52,091 nucleotides of DNA from Conexibacter woesei (GCA_040393665.1 JBEBTS010000001.1:1-52091), one strand, 5' to 3'. Shown: positions 24,537 to 33,321, numbered from the stretch's first letter. Notes: a model not told the origin generated them from the sequence alone. Numbers and translations are program-made.

Positions 24537-24806
24537 TCACTCCTCGGGATCGTCGTCGTCCGGGGAGCCCAGCAGGTAGATGACCACCCGGACCCCCACG
24601 ATCGCGACCGCGATCAGGATCAGGATCCCCCACACCACCGCGGCGGCCGGGGAGATCAGCTTCGCCACGAGCGCCACGGTCACCGCCGCGGCCAGCATCA
24701 GGATCAGCCACTTGAAGGCGACGCTCTCGTCCTGAAAAGGGTTCCCTACAAGCAAAGACCCGAGCCCCTTGCGGGGACTCGGGTTCTTTTCTACAGGCCC
24801 ACTCAT
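24537..24806 (-). CDS. small two-TM membrane protein (candidate oxidase subunit IV-like)
   Basis: 89 aa, WLILMLAAAVTVALVAKLISPAAAVVWGILILIAVAIVGV. It lies 13 nt downstream of ctaE on the same strand. Confidence 0.6.
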   Translation of the reverse strand: MSGPVEKNPSPRKGLGSLLVGNPFQDESVAFKWLILMLAAAVTVALVAKLISPAAAVVWGILILIAVAIVGVRVVIYLLGSPDDDDPEE

Positions 24807-24819
24807 GGTGCGCCCTGGA

Positions 24820-25452
24820 TCAGATGATGTAGATCGCCAGGAACACGATGATCCACATGATGTCGACGAAGTGCCAGTAGATGCTGGGCACCTCGACGCC
24901 GAGGTGGTTCTTCTGCTCCGGGCCGAAGTGGCCGCGGTAGGCGCGGATCGTGGCGAAGGTGATCAGCAGCAGGCCGACGAAGACGTGGGCTCCGTGCAGG
25001 CCGGTGAGGCTGAAGAAGATCGAGCCGAAGGCACCGTCACGGGGAGTGAACCCGATGTGGATGTACTCGTTGATCTGGATGAAGAGGAACGTCGCACCGA
25101 GCAGCCAGGTCAGGGTCAGGCCGAGCTTGAGGCCGGCGTGGTTGCCCCGCTTGATCGCCTCGAGGGCGTAATGGATCGTGAAGCTCGAGGAGACCAGGAC
25201 CGCGGTGTTGATGCCGGCGATCAGGACCGGGAGGTGAATCCCCTGCGGCGGCCAGGCCACCGGGTCGACCACGACGCGGAGGAAGAAGTACGCCGCGAAG
25301 AACGCGCCGAACAGCATGATCTCCGACAGGATGAACAGCAGGATGCCGAGCACCGTCGGGTCGATCCGCGAGCTCTGGTGAGCCTCCGGAGGACCGTGGT
25401 GGTGATGGTCATCGACGTGACCGGGGCTGGCGGCGATACTTGCGCTTTCCAT
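24820..25452 (-). CDS. ctaE: cytochrome c oxidase subunit III
   Basis: 210 aa from ATG 25452: ...FILSEIMLFGAFFAAYF...FFSLTGLHGAHVFVG...YWHFVDIMWI. The track ORF extension to 25614 overlaps the upstream gene. Confidence 0.92.
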   Translation of the reverse strand: MESASIAASPGHVDDHHHHGPPEAHQSSRIDPTVLGILLFILSEIMLFGAFFAAYFFLRVVVDPVAWPPQGIHLPVLIAGINTAVLVSSSFTIHYALEAIKRGNHAGLKLGLTLTWLLGATFLFIQINEYIHIGFTPRDGAFGSIFFSLTGLHGAHVFVGLLLITFATIRAYRGHFGPEQKNHLGVEVPSIYWHFVDIMWIIVFLAIYII

Positions 25453-25454
25453 CT

Positions 25455-26351
25455 CTATGCCTCGTTGCTTTCCGCGTTGGAGCTCTCGTCCGATCCGGCC
25501 TCGCCCTGCGCGACGGCCGCGGCCACCGCTTCCGGCAGGCGGCCGGTCTCGTGGTGAGTGACCGGCTTGTCGGTGATCTCCCGGACCCGGCCCACCAGAT
25601 CGTCCTGCAGCCACTGCGATTCCTCGGCCGCGAGGGTCGAGATCAGGATGTCGTCGACCCGGTAGTGCGCGATCGCGTTCTTGACGGCGCCGAAGGCGTC
25701 GGGGCTCATCGGCTGACCGGTCGCGTCGAAGCCGGCTCGGTAGAGCTCCGCCAGCAGCGCCGCGAGGTTCCGGGAAAGGGTGTTCTCGGAGACCGCGTCG
25801 ACCGTCGGCGAGACGATCGTGAACCGGTGCGGGCGCTCCTTGCCGAGGTTCAGCAGGCGCTCACGCAGGTCCTCGCTCTCCAGGGTCCGGTTGGCGACGA
25901 CCAGGGTGTGGGTCACGTCGAACCGGATCGAGTCCTCCTCGATCCGAACCGGGATGTGGGTGATCTTGGTCTCCGGCTCGAAGGTCAGCTTGGCCCACTC
26001 GAGCAGGTCGCGGAGGGTGAACCCGAACCGCGTGTCGTACAGGCAGGAGAGCAGGACCTCGCTGGGCCGGTGGCTCCGGATCGCGTCGCCGAGCGCCATG
26101 TCGGACTGCGGGTCGAGCACCTCGCCCACCGCCTCGATGCCGAACTCGTCGAGCACGGCCAGGGTCACGTCGACCCGGGCGCGGGCTGCCTCGCGGGCCT
26201 CCGCGGGGTCGAACAGCTGACCGGCCTGCGGCTGGTTCTGCGGGGCGGCCACGACCACGTAGGACGCGTCCGCCGCCTTCTCCCGGACCGCCTCCAGCAG
26301 GAGACGGCCGCCGGCGACCTCGTTGAGGAATATCAGCAGCGGCTGGGCCAT
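25455..26351 (-). CDS. soluble acidic protein with an internal duplication (two USP-like alpha/beta halves), embedded in the cta operon
   Basis: 298 aa with no TM segment. The halves align by eye (LLIFLNE.../TLVVANR...; DAIRSHRPSEVLLS/NAIAHYRVDDILIS; KITHIPV/PVTHHET). Its start shares 1 nt with the ctaD stop (TGATG), and its stop is 2 nt from the ctaE ATG. Confidence 0.75.
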   Translation of the reverse strand: MAQPLLIFLNEVAGGRLLLEAVREKAADASYVVVAAPQNQPQAGQLFDPAEAREAARARVDVTLAVLDEFGIEAVGEVLDPQSDMALGDAIRSHRPSEVLLSCLYDTRFGFTLRDLLEWAKLTFEPETKITHIPVRIEEDSIRFDVTHTLVVANRTLESEDLRERLLNLGKERPHRFTIVSPTVDAVSENTLSRNLAALLAELYRAGFDATGQPMSPDAFGAVKNAIAHYRVDDILISTLAAEESQWLQDDLVGRVREITDKPVTHHETGRLPEAVAAAVAQGEAGSDESSNAESNEA

Positions 26352-28261
26352 CAGGACGCCGCCACCGTGGTCGGCTTGGGCTCGGGCACGGTGGCGCCTT
26401 CCTCGTCACCGGCCATGATGGCGTGACGGGCGCCGGGGGTGCCGTACTCGTACGGTCCGCCGACGACGCGCGGGATCTCGTCGAAGTTGTAGATCGGGGG
26501 CGGCGACGACACCAGCCACTCGATCGAGTTCGCCCGCCAGGGGTTGTTGCCGGCCTTCGGGCCGAACCGCCAGCTGACGATCATGTTGTAGAGGAAGACC
26601 AGCTGGACCGCGCCCAGGAAGAAGGCGGAGATCGAGACGACCAGGTTCCAGTCGCCGTACTGGGAGGCGTAGTCGGCCACCCGTCGCGGCATGCCGTCCA
26701 TCCCGACCCAGTGCATCGGCACGAAGGCCATCCAGGTACCGATCACGGTGCCCCAGAGGTGGATCCGTCCGAGCCGCTCGTCGTACATGCGGCCGGTGAT
26801 CTTCGGGAACCAGTGGTACAGCCCGGCGAAGATCGTGAAGACCGATCCGCCGAACAGCACGAAGTGGATGTGGGCGACGATGAAGTAGGTGTCCGACACG
26901 TGGATGTCGATCGGGATCATGCCGAGCATGACGCCCGAGATCCCGCCGATGGTGAACGTGACGATGAACGCCAAGGCGAACAACATCGCGGTCGAATAGG
27001 TGTGGATCTTGCCGTAGAACAAGGTTCCCAACCAGGAGAAGACCTTGATCCCCGTTGGCACCGCGATCAACATGGTGCTGATCATGATCGGCACCCGGAG
27101 CCAGCTGAACATGCCCGAGACGAACATGTGGTGGGCCCAGACCGAGTAGCTGAGCACGACGATGCCGATCAGCGCGAGCGCCATCAGGCGGTAGCCGAAG
27201 ACCGGCTTGCGCGAGTGCGTCGAGATGATCTCCGAGATGATCCCGAACCCGGGCAACATCATGATGTACACCGCGGGGTGCGAGTAGAACCAGAAGATGT
27301 GCTGGTACGAGATGACGTCGCCGCCCTGGAGGAAGTTGAAGAAGTTCATCCCCAGCACACGGTCGAACAGGGTCATGAACTGGGCGCCCGCGACGAACGG
27401 GGTCGCGCCGACGACCAGCAGCGAGGTCGCCAGCTGGGCCCAGACCATCAGCGGCATCCGCCACAGGTTCATGCCCGGGGCCCGCATGGTGATGATCGTG
27501 ACCAGGAAGTTGAGCGCGGCCGCGATCGACGACGCTCCGGCGAACTGCACGCCGATGTTGAAGAACGTCTGGCCCAGAGGTGCCCCTCCGGCCAATGGCG
27601 CGTAGCCGGTCCAGCCGGCGTCGAAGGCGCCGCCCGGGGCGAGGAACGACCCGAGGAAGATGATGCCGGCGATCGGCAGCAGCCAGAAGCTGAGCGCGTT
27701 GAGGCGTGGGAACGCCATGTCGGGCGCGCCGAGCATCAGCGGCACCACGTAGTTGGCAAGCCCGGCGAAGATCGGGATGATGAACAGGAAGATCATCACC
27801 GTGGCGTGGGTCGAGAACAGCCCGTTGAAGGTGCTGGCCGCGACCACCTGCGAACCGGGCTGTGCCAGCTCGGCCCGGATCAGCAGGGCGAGCAGCCCGC
27901 CGATCAGGAAGAAGAACAGGGTGACGACGATGTACTGGATGCCGATCACCTTGTGATCGGTGTTGAACTTGAAGTAGTCCTGCCAGCGGGTCGCGCCGTG
28001 ATCCGAGTGGTCCTCGGGGATCGTCGGCTTGCCGGCGGCCCAACGGAACCAGTAGTCAAAGGCGCCGAAGCCGAAGAGGAAGCCGAACGGGGCGGTGATC
28101 AGCGGGACGACGACGTGCGGGTAACCGGTCTGCTCCGTCTGGAAGAGCTCGAGCCCGGAGAGCGCACGGAGCGCGATGACGAGCCCGAAACCGAAGCCGG
28201 CGCCGAGCAACAAGCCGAACAGGCCTCGGTACCAACCGGGCTGTCTGAGTGCCATTGCCAT
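26351..28261 (-). CDS. ctaD: cytochrome c oxidase subunit I, A2-type
   Basis: All six His ligands are present (STHATVMIF; YSHPAVY; WAHHMF; VAHIHF). The YS motif with Ala in place of the A1-type HPEVY Glu indicates the A2 subtype. Confidence 0.97.
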   Translation of the reverse strand: MAMALRQPGWYRGLFGLLLGAGFGFGLVIALRALSGLELFQTEQTGYPHVVVPLITAPFGFLFGFGAFDYWFRWAAGKPTIPEDHSDHGATRWQDYFKFNTDHKVIGIQYIVVTLFFFLIGGLLALLIRAELAQPGSQVVAASTFNGLFSTHATVMIFLFIIPIFAGLANYVVPLMLGAPDMAFPRLNALSFWLLPIAGIIFLGSFLAPGGAFDAGWTGYAPLAGGAPLGQTFFNIGVQFAGASSIAAALNFLVTIITMRAPGMNLWRMPLMVWAQLATSLLVVGATPFVAGAQFMTLFDRVLGMNFFNFLQGGDVISYQHIFWFYSHPAVYIMMLPGFGIISEIISTHSRKPVFGYRLMALALIGIVVLSYSVWAHHMFVSGMFSWLRVPIMISTMLIAVPTGIKVFSWLGTLFYGKIHTYSTAMLFALAFIVTFTIGGISGVMLGMIPIDIHVSDTYFIVAHIHFVLFGGSVFTIFAGLYHWFPKITGRMYDERLGRIHLWGTVIGTWMAFVPMHWVGMDGMPRRVADYASQYGDWNLVVSISAFFLGAVQLVFLYNMIVSWRFGPKAGNNPWRANSIEWLVSSPPPIYNFDEIPRVVGGPYEYGTPGARHAIMAGDEEGATVPEPKPTTVAAS

Positions 28262-28301
28262 GTCTTACTTGACCTCCGTAATTTCGAATCGGAACCGGGC
28301 G

Positions 28302-29135
28302 TCAGTCGGCATGGTTGCCGGACCCTTCTTCCTCAACACCACTTCCCTGAATACCTCCGGCGCGCTCCTCGGCCCGCTTCTGCACCTCGAGTGCCTGATC
28401 GGCGGACATCAGGAAAGCCGGTACTTCCGACTTAAGGTTGTTGACCCACTGGTTGTACTTCTCTTCCGACTCGACCACGACCTTGGCCTGCATCGTCGTG
28501 TGACCGATTCCGCAGAGCTCGGCGCACACCAGCTGGAAGGTTCCCTCCCGGTCCGGGGTGACGAGCGCGTTCGTGGTGATGCCGGGGACGTTGTCCTTCT
28601 TGATGCGCCACTCGGGCACCCAGAAGGAGTGGATCACGTCCTGCGCGTGAAGCTTGAAGTCGATCTGCCGGTTGACCGGCACGTGAAGCTCGCCCTCCGC
28701 CCACTTGTTGCCGCTCTCCGGGTAACCGAAGGTCCAGGCGAACTGCTGGGAGTAGACGTCGACCGTGATCGCGTTGCTGTCCTTCTTCTCGATGTCGTCG
28801 AGCACGGCCCAGCTGTAACCGGCCAGGGCGACCACGATCAGGACCGGGATGAGGGTCCACCAGATCTCGAGCTTGGTGTTGCCGTGGATCGGCAGGCCGT
28901 CGCTCTCGTCTCCCGGCTTGGCGCGCCACTTGATCAGGGCGTAGCCGAGGAAGACGCAGACCAGGGCGAAGATGAACGAGGAGACCACGATGGTTACGTC
29001 CATCAACGTGTCGATCGGGCCGGCAGCGGTCGAGGCCGCATCACCGAACCAGTCGAATTGCAGCAGCACGACGGATTGAACCGCGCCGAACGCAAGGGTG
29101 GCCAGGACGAGTTTCAAAATCGGAAGACGAGTCAT
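28302..29135 (-). CDS. ctaC: cytochrome c oxidase subunit II (CuA, no fused cytochrome c)
   Basis: DVIHSFWVPE...CAELCGIGHTTM is a complete CuA site. No CXXCH motif is present. Confidence 0.95.
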   Translation of the reverse strand: MTRLPILKLVLATLAFGAVQSVVLLQFDWFGDAASTAAGPIDTLMDVTIVVSSFIFALVCVFLGYALIKWRAKPGDESDGLPIHGNTKLEIWWTLIPVLIVVALAGYSWAVLDDIEKKDSNAITVDVYSQQFAWTFGYPESGNKWAEGELHVPVNRQIDFKLHAQDVIHSFWVPEWRIKKDNVPGITTNALVTPDREGTFQLVCAELCGIGHTTMQAKVVVESEEKYNQWVNNLKSEVPAFLMSADQALEVQKRAEERAGGIQGSGVEEEGSGNHAD

Positions 29136-29147
29136 CGGACGGCCATC

Positions 29148-29153
29148 ATTCTA
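29148..29153 (-). promoter_or_regulatory. -10-like TAGAAT (shared motif, copy 3)
   Basis: The minus strand reads CATTAGAATGATGGCCGTCCG-ATG. The hexamer ends 12 nt before the ctaC start, and there is no SD. Confidence 0.35.
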
Positions 29154-29187
29154 ATGAAGCCGTGGGCGAAAGCTTTGCGGCCCGGGT

Positions 29188-30720
29188 TCAAGGCTGCTTC
29201 ACCTCCCGGATTTCGCCTGCTGACGCGGAAATCACGTCCTCCGCGACACCCCGCCAACTCCAATTCCGATCCGCGCAGTCGGCGATGTTCCGGCCGATCT
29301 CGGCCCGCTGGCCGGGATCCAGGGCCAGCCACCGGCTCACCTTCGAGGCGATTCCCGCGACCGCGCCGGGGCCTCGCTCGAATCCGGTCAGGCCCCGGAC
29401 CGCCGGAACCTCCTCGTCGAGCCTCCCGGCGACCTCGGCCAGGCCGGAGTGGTCGGCGCAGACCGGCAGGGCCCCCGAGGCGGCCGCCTCGGCCGCGACC
29501 ATGCCGAACGCCTCGGGGAAGGTGCTGGGCACGACCATGGCGTCGGCGCAGGGGACGGTGGCCGCGACCTCGGCGTGCTCCAGCCGGCCGGCGAAGGAGA
29601 TCGTGCCCGCCGCGGCGCGGGCCGCCTCCGCGTAACCGGCCGGCGGATCGAGCAGGAAGGACCGCAGGTACTCGAGCGGCGCGGGATCGCCCCCTTCGAG
29701 GCCCCTCCCCTCCTCCGCGATGCCCAGGGCGGTCTCGAGGTCACCGTCGTCGAGCGCGGTCACCAGGGCCCTCAGGCCCAGCTCGTAGGCCCCGAACCCG
29801 GCGATCAGGAGACGGGCGCCGGGGCTGTCCCGGTGGATCAGCGGCCAGGCGGCGACCAGCAGGTCGACCCCCTTGGAGACGATCAGCTTGCCGACGAAGA
29901 CCACCCGCGGGCCGTCGGCGGCAGCGAAGGCCCGCAGCGCCTCGACCGCCAGATCCTCGTCGCGGCCGAAGGATCCGACCGGGGGCGCGGCGGCGATCCG
30001 CTCGGCCTCGGCCAGCAGACGCGCGGGGCGCAGCTCGGGCGCGACCGGGGCGAACTCCTCCGGGTCCACGCCGGGAGGCCCGAGCCCGGTCTTCTCGGCG
30101 AGCGGCAGGTCGGGCACCGCCTCCCAGAGCGAGGCGGCGGTGTGCCAGGAGCCGACCAGGACCGAGGCCGCCGGCGCGAGGCCCTCCTCGACCCAGGGCA
30201 GGAACCGCGGGTTCGGCTTGATCGTGTACTCCAGGTCGGATCCGTGGTTCTTGACCGCGTACGGCCTGACCCCGGCCCTCGCGAAGATCACCGGCCCCAT
30301 GATCAGGTGGTTGGCGAGGGCGGCGTCCACCCCGCCGGTGGCGCGCAGCACGTCCCGCACCGCCTCGACGTTGACCGCGATGTAGTTCTCGATCTCGGCG
30401 TCGCTCAGCCGGGGGAAGGCCCGGGCCTCGAAGCCCTCGTAGGGATCCTCGACGTAGACCGGCAGCAGACGGCCGATGCCGGGGCGGTAGACGGTGACCG
30501 TGCCGCCCGACGCTCCGGCCGGCCGGAGCTGCTCGACCTCGAGCCGCCCGCCCGGCCAGGTCCCGACCGCGTTCACCCACTCGATGCCCTCCGCCTCGCG
30601 CTCCTGACAGAGCAGGTGCACCTCGTGTCCCATGCCGGCCAGTGCCTGGGCGAGGTTGGCGTTGTAGATGTTGCTGCCGGTCCCGCGAAGCAGGTAGCCG
30701 TGGAATATGAGGATCTTCAT
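29188..30720 (-). CDS. GT4-family (GT-B) glycosyltransferase
   Basis: MKILIFHGYLLRGTGSNIY...; C-terminal ...PSTFPEAFGMVAAEAAASGALPV matches the EX7E-type GT4 signature. Confidence 0.88.
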   Translation of the reverse strand: MKILIFHGYLLRGTGSNIYNANLAQALAGMGHEVHLLCQEREAEGIEWVNAVGTWPGGRLEVEQLRPAGASGGTVTVYRPGIGRLLPVYVEDPYEGFEARAFPRLSDAEIENYIAVNVEAVRDVLRATGGVDAALANHLIMGPVIFARAGVRPYAVKNHGSDLEYTIKPNPRFLPWVEEGLAPAASVLVGSWHTAASLWEAVPDLPLAEKTGLGPPGVDPEEFAPVAPELRPARLLAEAERIAAAPPVGSFGRDEDLAVEALRAFAAADGPRVVFVGKLIVSKGVDLLVAAWPLIHRDSPGARLLIAGFGAYELGLRALVTALDDGDLETALGIAEEGRGLEGGDPAPLEYLRSFLLDPPAGYAEAARAAAGTISFAGRLEHAEVAATVPCADAMVVPSTFPEAFGMVAAEAAASGALPVCADHSGLAEVAGRLDEEVPAVRGLTGFERGPGAVAGIASKVSRWLALDPGQRAEIGRNIADCADRNWSWRGVAEDVISASAGEIREVKQP

Positions 30721-30741
30721 TTCCGGATATTCTCCCGCTCA

Positions 30742-31014
30742 ATGAACTCTGAAGCCAGCACCGAGCAGATCTTCCGTCTCCGGGCAGCCGCCTCCGGGCG
30801 TGAGGCCTTCGCCGTCGCCAAGGAAGGCGTCGTCTACCGCGACGCCGACACCGGCGAGGAGCTCGAGCCGGTGGCCGTCGTGCTGCCGACCGGCCAGGAC
30901 GGCGCCTCCCGCCTGCCGCGGACCCCGATCAACCTCCGGTCCTGCCGCCGGTGCGAGCAGCTCACCCCCCGCGACCTCGCCACCTGCGAGTTCTGCGGCC
31001 TGCCCGCGGCCTGA
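30742..31014 (+). CDS. small protein with a C-terminal CxxC-N11-CxxC zinc-ribbon
   Basis: The last 90 codons of track ORF 29449..31014, starting at ATG 30742, show GC3-rich codon usage: ...CRRCEQLTPRDLATCEFCG. The upstream part of that ORF is antisense to the GT4 gene. Confidence 0.5.
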   Translation: MNSEASTEQIFRLRAAASGREAFAVAKEGVVYRDADTGEELEPVAVVLPTGQDGASRLPRTPINLRSCRRCEQLTPRDLATCEFCGLPAA

Positions 31015-31026
31015 TCCTCAGCGCGC

Positions 31027-31064
31027 GGGTCCGTCATTCACGCGGCAGACGCGATGACGGGCCC
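31027..31064. terminator. long GC hairpin between convergent genes
   Basis: GGGTCCGTCAT...ATGACGGGCCC forms an 11-bp stem (one G-U pair) with an inner CGCG/CGCG extension. There is no T-run. Confidence 0.4.
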
Positions 31065-31081
31065 GGCGCTCGATTCCGCCG

Positions 31082-31939
31082 CTACTTCGCGACCACGGTC
31101 GCGGTGTAGAGCAGACGGCTGCCGTCGTAGTAGCAGCCGTACCGCTTGACCGAGTTCACCTTCTGCTGGGGACGGGTCTTCTGGAGCGCCTCGTTGCGCG
31201 CCTTGGTGGTCGGGTTGTAGCCGAGGGTGCACTGGCCCGGCGCCCGGCTGGCCCGGTAGGTGTTGACCCGCTTGGCGCGAGCGCATCCGGCCGGGTTGAC
31301 CAGCCCGCCCTGCGGTGAGGCGCTGCACGCCCGGGGCGTCCAGAAGGCCGGGGCCCAGGTCGGGATGGTGAGGGCGACCACCTGGCCCTTGATCACGTTG
31401 AGCGGCTTCGCCAGCGCGAAGTGGACGGTCCGGCCGAAGTAGGGGTTGAGCACCTGGGTCGGGCTCTGCCGGACCATCTTGTAGCGCGGCGGCCCGCTCT
31501 TCTTCTTCTCGACCCGGCGCAGCACCGAGATCCGGGCGGTCGCCGGCGAGCCGAACAGCTGGTTGAAGAACGGGGTCTGGGCGTTGCCGGCCGCCTCGGT
31601 CTGCTTCCGCGTCGGCTTCGAGAGCGCGATCGACCAGGAGACGATCTTGCCCTTCTTGTAGGGCACCACGGAGGAGCGGCCGCGGGTCCCCTTCTGGAGC
31701 GCCTGGAACGCGGTCACCTTGCCCTCGGCCGAGCAGTCCCGACCGGCCGCCTTCAGGCCGCAGTTCGGCTCGTGCCGTTGCTTGCTCTTGCCGAGCACGG
31801 TCCGCTTCCCGGACTTGGCCTGGGCCTCGTCCTGGCCGACGACAAGGCAGGCGAGCATGGCGGCGAGAACGAGCGAGGCCACCGCGGTGGCGAGCTTCGT
31901 CCTTCCATTCTGTCGCGAGTCAGGGCGTGGGAGAATCAT
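31082..31939 (-). CDS. secreted Cys-containing protein of unknown function, paralogue A
   Basis: Signal peptide, then blocks shared with the neighbouring gene: PNCG, RDC.AEGKVT.FQ, VSWSI, PATARI.VL, YKMVRQSP.QVLN.YFG, PLNVIKGQ, PTWAP, PRAC, RYGCYY. The start is set at ATG 31939 because 31972 lies inside the upstream terminator. Confidence 0.7.
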   Translation of the reverse strand: MILPRPDSRQNGRTKLATAVASLVLAAMLACLVVGQDEAQAKSGKRTVLGKSKQRHEPNCGLKAAGRDCSAEGKVTAFQALQKGTRGRSSVVPYKKGKIVSWSIALSKPTRKQTEAAGNAQTPFFNQLFGSPATARISVLRRVEKKKSGPPRYKMVRQSPTQVLNPYFGRTVHFALAKPLNVIKGQVVALTIPTWAPAFWTPRACSASPQGGLVNPAGCARAKRVNTYRASRAPGQCTLGYNPTTKARNEALQKTRPQQKVNSVKRYGCYYDGSRLLYTATVVAK

Positions 31940-31965
31940 GCCGTTCAGATACCTCATTGCCCTGA

Positions 31966-31997
31966 ATAACACGAGAAAACCCGCACCGTTGCGGGTT
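31966..31997 (-). terminator. intrinsic terminator after paralogue B
   Basis: The minus strand reads AACCCGCA-ACGG-TGCGGGTT followed by TTTCTCGTGTTATTC. Confidence 0.6.
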
Positions 31998-32126
31998 CAG
32001 CCGGCCGCAACGAACCTCCCGGCATGCCCCGGAGGCGGCCCCGGCCCCGGGAACGCCGGTTCCGCCGACGCCGGAGGCCATCGGTTCCGGCGGGTTGCCT
32101 TCCGGGGCCCTCCCCGGCCGGCGGGC

Positions 32127-32990
32127 CTAGCTCTTGCCGACGATCGTGGCCGAGTAGAGCATGACCTGCGGGGCGTAGTAGCACCCGTATCGCCGGACCG
32201 AGTTGACGCCGGTCTGGGGGCGGGACTTGGCCAGCGCCTCGTTCGGCTCGAAGGTCTCGCGGTCCTGACGGAGCGTGCACTTGTCCTTGCCCCGCGGGGT
32301 GCGGCTGGCCCGGGAGCTGTACCGCTTGAGCAACGCGTCGCAGGCGTCCGGGTCCAGCACCGAGTCGTCGACCGCGTTGCAGGCCCGGGGCTTCCACAGC
32401 GCCGGGGCCCAGGTGGGCACGGTCAGGGCGATGATCTGGCCCTTGATCACGTTGAGCGGGCGGTCCAGGGCGAAGGTGACGGTGGTCCCGAAGTACTGGT
32501 TCAGCACCTGGACCGGGCTCTGGCGCACCATCTTGTACTTGGGCGCGCCCTTGCTCTTCTTCTCGACCTGCTTCAGCACCGCGATCCGGGCCGTGGCCGG
32601 GGCGCCGAAGACGCCGTCGAAGAACGGCTTCTGCGCGCCGTAGTCCTCCCCGTCCACGGTGACCTTGGTGCGGGTCACCTCAGCCAGCGAGATCGACCAG
32701 GAGACGAGCTTGCCGGCCCACGGCACCTCGGTGGTGCGGCCCGGGATGCCCTTGCTCTTCGACTGGAAGATCGTGACCTTGCCCTCGGCCACGCAGTCGC
32801 GGCTGAAGTTCCGGCCGCAGTTCGGGGTCAGGCGCTCGACGTTCTCGCGGCCGAGCTCGACCCGGCGGACCGAGGCGGCGTCGGCGGGCGCGGCGGCCGC
32901 GAGCAGCAGGGCGGCCACGAACAGCCCGATGGTCGCGGTCACCAGACCGGCGAGGAACGAAGACGGGTATGAGGGGGAAGTGAGGGGCAT
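32127..32990 (-). CDS. secreted Cys-containing protein of unknown function, paralogue B
   Basis: 287 aa from ATG 32990 (the remainder of track ORF 32127..33410 overlaps infA in another frame). It has a hydrophobic signal sequence ...AAAAPADA and the same conserved blocks and six Cys positions as paralogue A. Confidence 0.7.
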   Translation of the reverse strand: MPLTSPSYPSSFLAGLVTATIGLFVAALLLAAAAPADAASVRRVELGRENVERLTPNCGRNFSRDCVAEGKVTIFQSKSKGIPGRTTEVPWAGKLVSWSISLAEVTRTKVTVDGEDYGAQKPFFDGVFGAPATARIAVLKQVEKKSKGAPKYKMVRQSPVQVLNQYFGTTVTFALDRPLNVIKGQIIALTVPTWAPALWKPRACNAVDDSVLDPDACDALLKRYSSRASRTPRGKDKCTLRQDRETFEPNEALAKSRPQTGVNSVRRYGCYYAPQVMLYSATIVGKS

Positions 32991-33001
32991 CAGGGGTATG
33001 A

Positions 33002-33023
33002 AACCGGGGGCGAGCCCCCGGTT
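33002..33023 (-). terminator. hairpin just downstream of infA (terminator/attenuator)
   Basis: AACCGGGGG-CTCG-CCCCCGGTT followed by TTCAT on the minus strand. It ends 12 nt before the paralogue B ATG. Confidence 0.45.
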
Positions 33024-33036
33024 GCGCTGCCGCCGC

Positions 33037-33255
33037 CTACTTGTAGCGGTAGGTGATGCGACCGCGGGTGAGGTCGTAGGGGGAAAGCTCGATCTTGACC
33101 CGGTCGCCGGGAAGGATGCGGATGTAGTGACGACGCATCTTTCCGGAGATGTGCCCGAGCACCTCGTGGTCGTTGTCGAGCTTGACGCGAAACATGGTAT
33201 TCGGGAGGGCTTCGGTGATCTCGCCCTCCATCTCGATCTTTTCTTCTTTGGCCAT
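33037..33255 (-). CDS. infA: translation initiation factor IF-1
   Basis: 72 aa: [53 protein letters not shown]... Confidence 0.97.
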   Translation of the reverse strand: MAKEEKIEMEGEITEALPNTMFRVKLDNDHEVLGHISGKMRRHYIRILPGDRVKIELSPYDLTRGRITYRYK

Positions 33256-33321
33256 TCGCGACTGAGGCTACTAGAGCCCGTGGCCGGAATGTCCCGAAGG
33301 TGTGGCGGCGGTGGACTCCAT

